Assembly: GCA_026026165.1 (NCBI GenBank)
Contig: JAPEUD010000100.1
Location: 1 to 64,000, forward strand
Origin: Sarea resinae
Taxonomy: Eukaryota
Direction: 5' to 3'
Length of the DNA stretch: 64,000 nucleotides
Positions 47,100 through 57,070 of the stretch are shown here, in pieces. The first letter of the stretch is position 1; each line of letters starts with the position of its first letter. Position numbers and translations under genes: made by a program. The notes beneath the pieces were generated by a model that searched no databases, was not told the DNA's origin, and was given only the letters and a program-made list of their open reading frames with translations.

Positions 47100-49431
47100 A
47101 TGCCCCAACGTACGCCCAATCACACTGTTCCTGCTGCCATAGGCAAGGCCAATGGCTCAATCGAAGAGAAGACTCCGCTGCGCGTCGTGATCGTGGGCGC
47201 GGGAATCGGTGGCTTGACGGCTGCCATCGCCCTTCGCCAACAGGGCCACGAAGTGGTATTACTTGAGCAGTCTCGTTTTGCCAACGAGCTCGGTGCAGCT
47301 GTCCATCTAGCGCCCAACTGCAATGGCGTTCTGCGACAGCTTGGCATCTTCCCGGAGGACTTTGGAGCCAACAAGATGGAAAGAGTAGAACCCTATGTTC
47401 TCAGTCCCGAGAAGCGCATCATAATTAACAAGTTTTTAGCTCACCGAATACACCGCCGACGGTAAACTGGTGCGATCGATATCGCTCAAGGAGGCCAATA
47501 GCATGTGGCAGCATTCGTGGCTTCTAGCTCACCGAGTGCAATTGCACAACGCGCTCAAAGTCGCAGCAACCAGTACAGAAGGTAAAGGCAAAGCCGCAGA
47601 GCTACTCACCTCTAGCAAAGTGGTCAGCGTTGATCCCGAGATGGCCACGGCAACTCTTGAGGACGGCCGGAAGTTTGAGGCAGATATCATCATTGGTGCC
47701 GACGGGGTCCACTCAAAAGCAAGGAAGATTGTGGCCGGAGAAGATGTCGAAACCTTTTCCTCCGGGAAGAGTGCATTCCGATTTCTTTTCAACAGAGACG
47801 AGGCTGCTGCTGATCCTATCACGGCCAAGTTCGTGCGTGAAGATGGCGATCTAATCATGTGGATGGGTGATGACCGCCGGATTTGCGTGTATCCCACTTC
47901 AGCCAATACACAGCTGAACTTTGTCTGCATTCATCCGGATAGAGAGAGCCATGCCTCGAGCGAAAGTATGTACAGGCCCTTTCAAGGGGTACTACAATTG
48001 GTGCTGACTTGGTGAGACTGGGAACAAAGCAGCAGCAGAAAACTGCTTCTCGATGTGTACCGAGATTTCAGTGAAGACATCCGCACCCTAATCAGTAAAG
48101 CCAATCCAGATACACTGAAGCTCTGGCAGCTTCTAGACATGCGCGTGCTGTCTAGTTGGACAAAGGGCCGGCTAGCACTATTGGGTGACGCCGCACACCC
48201 ATTCCTACCTCGTAAGTTTCCCGTGGCTAATTATTTTTGCTTTAGACACTAAACCTCTCTCTCTCTATCTCCTACAGATCAAGGCCAAGGCGCTGCTCAA
48301 GCGATAGAAGATGCCGCAGCTCTGGCGACCGTCCTGCCCCTCGGCACTCAGCCCGATGAGATCGCCGAGCGACTGAAGCTCTATGAGAGGTGCAGAATGG
48401 ATCGTGCAAACAAGATCCAGCAGTATACCCGTATGGCCGGGCGAGATGCGTCAGAAACGGCGGATGGCAAAGGCATCGATATCGTTGAATATACTACTTT
48501 CAACTTTGGCCATGACGAATTTCATCACTCGAGAAATGAATTGCGAAAATGGCTTGCAGCCAAGAATCCCCATGTCTTTCAACGCATGCCGATAGGGTTT
48601 GGGCCGATGCCTGGCCCTCGTCAGTCGCACCATGGCCTGCCCCGAATAGGCGCTGATTCCACCTTCACAACCGCATCTATCAAGTTCAAAACTTCGCGAA
48701 CTCTGCTCCAAACGCTGCTGCCTTCTGATTCGTTTTCATTTAAATCCCCGGCTACGGTATGCTACGCCAGCTTCATACAGACGACGCTTAATGGCATGGA
48801 GTGGCTCGGTGGTTCTGGCTACAATCATTTCGGCCTCTACATCCACGGTGTGCAGTACAAGAAGCGAAACGGGGAGATGCTTAATGGCGCGTACTTACCC
48901 GTCCTATTTGAGGATCTCGCCGACCCAATCCTCAGCGGCCGCGAGGAGCTGGGCTTTCCAAAAGTCTACTGCGATCTGGACGTCTTCAGGCTCCGAAATT
49001 CCTACCATCTGCACGCGGGCTGGAAAGGTACCAACTTCGCTCATCTGGCATTAGAGGATCTGGAACTTGTCGAACAAGGTGCTGCGGCAAAAGCCAGCGA
49101 TAATTCACCTGCTACAGCCAGCCATGATGAAGGCATCTTGATATACAAATACATCCCCGCAGTCGGTGCCCGAGGCGTCGCTGACGCCGAGTACCCAGTC
49201 TTTGCACCCTTTGCCGAAGATGCAAACTCCAAACCTTCTTCTTCCATTCTCAGAACATATAGAGCGAAGAAATCGTCGATTCAGATCGAGGGAAAGGACT
49301 GGGATGCGTTGCCTACCCTTCATCATATTGTTGGGGCACTGGCAGAGGTTCCGACATATGAGATTGTGGAGGCGAAGGTTGTGGAGGGGAAGGGGGTATC
49401 GGATTTAGCGACGGCGAGGAGGATTGAGTGA
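47100..49431 (+). CDS. FAD-dependent monooxygenase fused to a C-terminal acetoacetate decarboxylase-like domain
   Basis: VVIVGAGIGG, IIGADGVHS, LLGDAAHPFLP|HQGQGAAQAIED, continuing in the same exon into RMPIGFGPMPGPRQ...PVLFEDLADPILSGREELGFPK; introns ~47385-47439, 47967-48017, 48212-48277. Confidence 0.88.
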
Positions 49432-50472
49432 GGAATGGTTTCCAATTGGTTGACCTATGTAATCTATTTTACTATGGAATGAACCTATATCCTCTATTTG
49501 TGCGCCATTGTAGATGGAGTTAAAGCAATCTACCTACTGCGCAGGACGAAAAGGGTAAAACAAACAGGAACGCATTTACTGCCTGCCCGACAATTTCCCC
49601 CACTTCCCCACATCGGCAACCGGCGACTCGCCTCCGCGATATTCAAGACCCTGACAGGGACCATTAGTCTATCCACCCACCCCCCCTCTCCACCCCGTCC
49701 CGGCTCCTAATCACTTTTACTCTAATCTTTCATTTCGCATTAGTCGACCTTGACTGACTCCCCTGTATCTCCCTGCAGACAGAACGTCCCCACTTCTTCG
49801 ACCGCCCCAGTGTCTTGACAGCCGCTGAATACCCCGGACCAAGGAGGAGCCGGGCCTCCGGGGGAGTCTTGGGCCTTAGGAAGGAAGGTACAGATCGATG
49901 TGATATGATGTGGTAGAATGTGGTGGTGGTGGGGCCGGGCCGTGAGTACAGCTATCTGAGTTTCACGCCCACAGTGGGAGAGAAGGGTGTGTACGCTCTC
50001 GCTCTCTCTTTCTGTCTCTCTTTTCTCTCTTTCTCTGCTATTTTCTAGTCCGTGGCGCTCTCTATTCTCTGTCTTATTATTCCTCGCCGGGCCAACGCAC
50101 CGATAAGAGCAGCGTAAAAGGTCAGTCAGTCAAATCGGATTGGACCGGATTAGATCAAGTGTCCCCCCCTCTGCTCTCTCCTTAAAGCTCAACTCGTTCT
50201 ATCTAACACCAACTGATAACATATCTCAGATAGAAAAAACAGCGAGAGAAAGGGAGACTAGAGTGTTGTTATCCTCTTTCTCCAATACTTTCTGCGTTGC
50301 CTAGGTAGTTAATCTACAGTCGAAGATTATTGCTACCTATCTACCTACCTACCTACCTACTATTTGAATCTCGCTCGCTCCATCTTTCGCACTTATCTTT
50401 TCTCTTTGGAACACAGAAGAAAAGGATATAGAATAAGAAAGACGAGGAATTCAAAAAGGACGGAAAGTAGAC

Positions 50473-51081
50473 ATGTCGACCCCCACACCCACCACCAACG
50501 ATCTCCGCCCGTTCTCGCGACACATCACCACGCACGACCCTTCAGGGCACGCTGTCTTCTCTTCCGCCCTCCCGCCCACCGTCCCGCCCACCCACGCCGG
50601 CGGTGCCCTCTTCCACCTCGCCTACACCACCACGACCTTCCCCACCCAGCTCTCCGTGCCGGCCGCCACAGCCACAGCCGCAGGCCCAACAGAAACGGAC
50701 ATCTCAACCTACACGACGCACCTGACGCAGTCGCCGCCGGGCCTGACCATTTCCTCAGGCACCGTACTGCGCGTTGTGGATTTCCCGCCCGGCATGTCCT
50801 CGGCCATGCACCGCACGCAGAGCCTCGACTACGCGGTCGTGCTGGAAGGCGAGGTCGAGATCGCGCTGGACTCGGGCGAGAAGAGGTCGCTGCGCCGTGG
50901 CGACGTCGTCGTCCAGAGGGGCACCAATCATGTCTGGAAGAATGTCAGCGAGCCCGCAGACGGAGAGGGCGGCTGGGCCCGCATGTTGTATGTGCTGGTC
51001 GCTGCTGAGCCCGTCGAGGTGGGCGGTAGGAGGCTAGGCGAGGAGTTGGAGGGTATGCAAGGCGTGAGGGCGAGCGAGTAG
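50473..51081 (+). CDS. Cupin-domain protein
   Basis: RHITTHD; VVDFPPG...MHRTQSLDYAVVLEGE...GDVVVQRGTNHVWKN. Confidence 0.88.
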   Translation: MSTPTPTTNDLRPFSRHITTHDPSGHAVFSSALPPTVPPTHAGGALFHLAYTTTTFPTQLSVPAATATAAGPTETDISTYTTHLTQSPPGLTISSGTVLRVVDFPPGMSSAMHRTQSLDYAVVLEGEVEIALDSGEKRSLRRGDVVVQRGTNHVWKNVSEPADGEGGWARMLYVLVAAEPVEVGGRRLGEELEGMQGVRASE

Positions 51082-51730
51082 TGAGATAGTAAATGAGACA
51101 ATATGTGTGAATGATGGTGGCAATATCAAACGGCCAGCAATCTGAATCTGCCGCTCTTTCAACAATAGAGAATATTTCTGTCTGTCTTTACCACTAAGTA
51201 GTATATCAAGTGTGCTTTGATCTAGTTTCAGTAATACATGGCAGGTTGTATTTCCCACCATTTTTATGACATTACTGAAATATTCTTTTGAGGAAAGGTT
51301 TCTTGTTCGTTATAAGAAGCGGCGATGTCACGTATCTTGTTTGTGAATGTTTGGACTAAGAGAGGAGAATTTTTGTCCTTCTTTGTAGTAGTGGTGGGCT
51401 TTGCCTTCTCTTTTTGCAATACTAGAGATAGATGGATACTAGGTAGACAGGTTAGGTATATATTTCAAACCAGCAAGATATCACGCACATCAAGAAGAAC
51501 AAGAATAAGAATGCCTCCAAATAGCCCTCACTAACAGCATCAAAAAAAGACTAATTCCTATTTCCGTTTCCTCAATTCCATCCCCGATACTCCTACGCTG
51601 GCTTATTTTGTGCTCCCGACCGGAGAGAAAGAGAAATGCGCCAGCCCCCAGCACATCCCTCCCTTTCTCGTCGCGACAAGCGTCGATTCAGCTTATTCCG
51701 TTATTGTAGTTGTATTCCCGTGGCAACTTT

Positions 51731-52214
51731 CTACCACTCGCCGCCGATCTGGTACCGGAAGGCGCCGGGGAAGAGCTTGCCACCTGTGGAGCTCCATGCG
51801 CGGGACACGGTCTATGTAGATGGGAAAGGAGGGAGCATCAGCGTCAGTCTCGTCACTTCGTTTTAATATAAAACAACACCACACAATTCTAAACAAACGA
51901 AGAGCAAGAATCCAACTCACCCCATTGATCCGGACGCCGTGCAACATAATGAATATGATTCCTGTCTCAAACCGGTTGCCGCCCCATGGCCGCTCGGCCG
52001 GATTCAGAGTTGTGTTCAGCGGGCGGTAAGAGGGAATGCGTCGGTGGTCGTGCGGCCAGGAGGGAGGGTTGTCGTTCGGTGCGAGCTGGGGCGGAATTGA
52101 GCGAGCGTTGGGTGGCTGCGGGGGGTTGGCATCTCCGCTATGGTGAAGCTCATAATCGGAGAGGAGCGTCGTGAGGTGTGTGCTCGTCGGGTTGGTGGTT
52201 GTGGTTACTGACAT
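51731..52214 (-). CDS. Small hypothetical protein (124 aa)
   Basis: Exon 52214-51921, intron GTGAGT...TAG 51920-51812, exon 51811-51731: ...RRIPSYRPLN...ERPWGGNRFETGIIFIMLHGVRING|TVSRAWSSTGGKLFPGAFRYQIGGEW*. Confidence 0.72.
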
Positions 52215-52827
52215 AGTGGTTGTGGCGGTGGTGATGGTGGCCGTCGTGACAAGCTTTCAGGAACCTGAATCCTTACAACGCGAGCGCGGCAGTGCGAAGA
52301 AGGCTGGTCATCAACAGAAATGTGAGTCTTTTGTTCGTCAATATGATCAATGAGATAGAGATATGGAAGGCGTATGGTGTGTTTGGATTGGAAGGCGTGC
52401 GAATAGATTCGGAAAAAAGCAAACGAACCCCGACGCTCATCGACGGCGATAGCTACACAGCTCGAGGCAATGGCTGGCCATTCTCCGCCTGGTTCTCTAG
52501 GCGCCATCGATCACATTTCCATAGGGGAACAGGGGAGCAAGGAGGGTGGAGACACCGACGCCGGCCGTGGTGGGTAAATGCAACGGGTGGACCACATCCC
52601 GATGATCGTGATGATGACGAAGAAACAAGCAGGATGCTGGCGATCCAACTATGTATACCCACCGCTCATACACAACTGCTTATGCAGAGAGACAATCATT
52701 GTGCGATTGCCGACAATGACGAGAGGGAGATCATTTCAAGATCATTTCAATGCCATAAGCGTCAGATCTTTGTTCTTTACTTCCCTTTGACTTCCTCGTA
52801 TCACCGTGTCGTGAAATTGGACGAAAC

Positions 52828-53913
52828 ATGCCCGCCCTTACTCCAGGTAAGCAGAAATTTATCTCACTGTGCTCTGTATTTACTTTGAATCTGCCACCAT
52901 GTCTTCTCTTCGGCTGCTGACATGAACCTCCAGTCCATTTCTTCAGTCATGGCTCGACTATGATGCTGGGGGAGCAGACCGACTCGGCGGACTACTGGAA
53001 AGCATGTGGTGATGCGGCGCTGGCGAATGGCGTCAAGGGCATTGTGATCATGGTGAGTTATCCGGATTCGTTCTCGTGTCAATTTCCCAGGCTTCTTTCT
53101 ATCTCCTTCTCCAAACTGCCTCTTCTATTTCCAAACAACATCAACCAACACCAAAATCAACAGGGCGCCCACTGGGATTGCCGCGGTTCTGGCATCGAAG
53201 TGGCCACGAATCCCTCCCCTGCCAAATCCCCCGTCGCCATGGTGCACCCCTCCAAATATGCCTCCTATCCGCTCAAGCCAGACCTTCCCACCGCCGCCCG
53301 CGTCATCGACATGCTCAACGCGGCCGGTTTCTCCGCGAAGCCCAATCCGTCCTTTACCTGGATCCATGACACATATCTGATCCTGATCCGAATGTTCCCT
53401 GCCGGCAACATGCCACCAGCGACGTTGCTGTCGCTCAATGCGCGCATGGACCCGCACTTCCATATGCAAGTGGGCCTAACCCTACGTGGGCTGCGCGAAG
53501 AAGGGTACCTGCTCATCGGCACTGGCGGTGCCGTGCACAATCTGTACCGCAACGACTGGTCAACGATGGTGCGGTATCGCGACAATCTGTCGCAGACGGT
53601 GCCGCCCGAGCACTGGGCGCTGGAGTTTCGGCAGGCGTTCGAAGATGCATTGACGAAGAACTCCGGGCCTGATCTCCGCAGGGCGGTCACGCGCTTGATG
53701 AAGCATCCTGAATTCCGCGAGGCCCATGCTACCGACGACCATTTCATGGCGGCCTGTTTCGTGGCGGGGGCGGCGGGCGGCGTCGAGGATTGGGAAGTGA
53801 CGACGGGCGAGCTGGGCGCCGAGACGTGGGAGCTCAGCAACATGTGTAATAGTCAGTACACGGTGGGCCGATGGCAGAGGGCGCACCCAAAGGCGATGGT
53901 TGGTGTTGTTTGA
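52828..53913 (+). CDS. LigB/DODA-type extradiol aromatic ring-cleavage dioxygenase
   Basis: MPALTP|VHFFSHGSTMMLGE, GAHW, WIHD, GTGGAVHNL, AHATDDHF; introns 52847-52933 and 53053-53163. Confidence 0.88.
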
Positions 53914-54507
53914 ATCTCTGTTCGGTCGAAAGTTCTTTTTCTTTCCTTTTCATTTTTGGTCTATATATGTATATGCCTCCTGAGGCCCAGACGCAAGTAA
54001 ATATCGAGCAAGGACGTTACCATCATCCTCGTTGAATAGATCAAGATCGCGCAAGGGTAATATGGCAGACTAGTCTGCTCACCGACCTAAAGTCTTAGGG
54101 CTACTTGTCTTTGCGTCTGCCTCTCGCACCACCATCACCCAGCGTGACCTGACCATCATATGCTTGATGACAAGAGAACAAGAGAGCACATTAGGGGTCG
54201 ATCTCAGACAACGACCAGCCCTGGGGAACAATGTATGACCGACAGGCTGAGACGATACAGTGGAGGTAGTGTACTCTACTTGAGGAGGATCAGCGTTAAC
54301 GATTCTCCGACTCGACCCTGAAGATGCAGCTGTCAGCCATGTCGCTTGCCGAGGGACCCTCAAGTCTAGCCCTCAGGTCCCGGCGAGTGTGGGGAAGTGG
54401 GGAAGTGGAGCGCGACCGGGCGGCGGGACCTCGCATATCCCCGTGTGGTCCACCTCGGGAAGGCCTGCTAGTCCCAAGTTCAAGCTGGAGACAATCCACT
54501 TTCCAAT

Positions 54508-54556
54508 CGCCGTCCGCCGTCCGCCGTCCGCCGTCCGCTGTCCGCTGTCCGCTGTC
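54508..54556. repeat. 7-bp tandem repeat (CGCCGTC)4(CGCTGTC)3
   Basis: Read directly, upstream of the ALDH-like gene. Confidence 0.9.
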
Positions 54557-54828
54557 CACCCATGACGGGTGCCCCGTGTGCCCCGTCTCCTGGCCATGTG
54601 GTGGTAGATGAAGAAAGGATGAGAAAGATGCTCGGCGTATTGTCATTGCCGAGGGTCACGAAGGTCCTGTCCAAAACAATTGTTAGAAGGAAGCTCGCAT
54701 ACGTTATCCAGGTCATTCAGCACCGTCACTTCATATCTGCGCATCGCCATTGAATGGCCAAGACGGACCATTGTTTGCATTGAATATTTCCGGTTCTGAC
54801 AGTGATCTGGTTTGCTGGATTCGACACG

Positions 54829-56512
54829 ATGCATCCGTCATTTGCTCGTCTCCGCGCCGCAGCCATCGATGGGCGATGCGAGAATACACGCTTCAGACAG
54901 AATCAGCTCAGAAAACTGCATGACGCTCTCCTGGAGAAGGTCGATGCTCTTCGCGACGCCATCATCGACGATTCTGGGACGACGCCATCCGAGGCCGATG
55001 CTGAGTGCTACCTGACCATATCGAGCGTCAAAGAGCACTACGAGAGCTTGGACTTTGAGAAATCCATCCATGATGAATACAACATCGCAAAGGGCAGAGA
55101 CTACTTGAACAGAAAGGTTGGGTACGGAATTGTCTATATTGTTCCAGCCACACATACACTGTCCTACTCGTTAGTGTCACCGGTGTGTGCCGCCATGGCT
55201 GCGGGCAACTGCGTCTGCGTCGAGGTCGGTCCAGTCGTCTTCCTAATCTCAAAGATGAATACCTGACTCCGGCAGTTACCCAATGATCCTCGTGCCAAAG
55301 GTGTTGTGACGATACTGCGGAAGCTCTTGGTGGCAGCGCTCGATCAAGAATCATTTGCCATTCTCGAGAATGCACTCGACGAGTCGGAGCGCTCGCTGTG
55401 CCTGCAAGTCATCCAGGTCCAGGATCGGGCTAGCGGGCCCCCATCCGCACTGCAACTCGTATCTCCATCATCAGCGCTCGCAGTCGCGGTAGTCGACCGC
55501 ACGGCCGATGTCGACGCAGCTGCGAAAGCATTGGTGGCTGCTCGGTTCAGCTTCCGGGGAAGATCACCCTACGCTCCAGACTTGGTCCTCGTCAACGAAT
55601 TCGCCAAAGAAGCTTTCATCTATGCCGCCGTCCAGCACTGTGCCAAGATCCTAGCCTCGACAAACGGCTCGTCCTCCGGAGACGGCAAGGAAGTGGATAG
55701 TCGTTTCGATGGGGAAGATGACAAGAAGGACAGCGTCAGAGTCGTGCTTCAGGGGGCGAATGGCACAATCATCGACATTCGGAACAGGTATGTGGTGATA
55801 TCTTCTTTCCGTCTTTTCTGCGCTTGCTTTACCACAGTTAGGCTGATGCGTTCATATCCTAGAGGCTCGCATCTTCTTGAAAAGAAGACCAGCACAGCCG
55901 TCCTGAAGATACATAGTGTGAGCAGTCTGGACGATGCAATCGACTACACAAACAAAAGGTAGTTCCTCATCCTCTGAAGGGGTTGTTTGGCCTAGATTAA
56001 AAGTTCTCTGCTCCTCCAGTTACCGCAAATCTTCCATTGTCCCACTCGCATCCTACATTTTCGCCGCACCCGGTGCCGCGAAATACCTCTCCCAGTATCT
56101 CGCCTCCTCGATCACGCTTGTCAACAACATTCCCTCGCAACTCCTCGTCGGTCCTGCCGCCCCCGCTTATACCACTCCATCTCTCCAACCTCGGTACTCT
56201 CGCGCCCTTTTTGAGATGACACGACCAGCCATAGTCGACGGGCCACCACAAACCCACCACTACAGCGAAGTTCTCGCGCGTGTCCTGAACACCGATGATG
56301 CAGCTCTATCGTCCCGAAACGGCGGCAGTACTACGGCAGGAGCTTTGAAGAAAGAGATTTTCAAGCCACTGTCGGAAAAGAAGGTCGCGCCTGGCGGTAC
56401 GATTGGATTCTTTGATCAGGGGATTTTGACGGGGCTGGGGTTGATTTTAGTAGGTGTATCTGTGGCTGGTGTTTTCGGCGCAAGAGCTGCCTTGAGCATA
56501 TATCGAGGATGA
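54829..56512 (+). CDS. Aldehyde dehydrogenase-like protein (ALDH3-like outline, degenerate active site, C-terminal TM anchor)
   Basis: FRQNQLRKLH; AAMAAGNCV; AVVDRTADV; ARFSFRGRSPYAPDLVLVNE; SLDDAID; PLASYIF; hydrophobic C-terminus; introns near 55225-55274, 55789-55863 and 55960-56018. Confidence 0.8.
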
Positions 56513-57070
56513 TGCCCCTGGTGGTTTCTAGATGTGATTCTGGATAAGCCCCGAGATGTGGGAAACGAGGCAACCATTCTTGGTCGATCACCCTCGGTCT
56601 CCTCTATTGGCCTTGTTTTTCAGTCTTTATACATGTCGGATACAATACCGTAGAGAAAGACGACAACCTTGAGCAATTCACTTTTTCTCAATAGTATGTA
56701 TAATAGAAGCACGAGCATCCCATCTCCGATGATTACCTGTCGAAACTATCTAAACCGAAAGGAAGGGCTCCCTTGAGGAGCTTCTGTTTGTTCGGGTGCA
56801 GATTGGCTTTCGACATTACCTTAAAGTCCTACGCGGTGTCTTTTTATGTCATTTCAGATGTGGCTAGGGTCCATGTCAAGCGAAATGCACAGTGGCAGGC
56901 CAAGCCACGGTCGGCCCGACCGGCAGTCTGTCAACCCCCCGGAAAATCCCCCACAAAATCTCCCCCGCAATCACATCTCCATTTCAATCCGTTCCACCAT
57001 CTTTGACGACCAATCCATATTGACATGGCACCACCACCGGGACGTCGGATGCTCTGCTGGGTGTTGTAGT

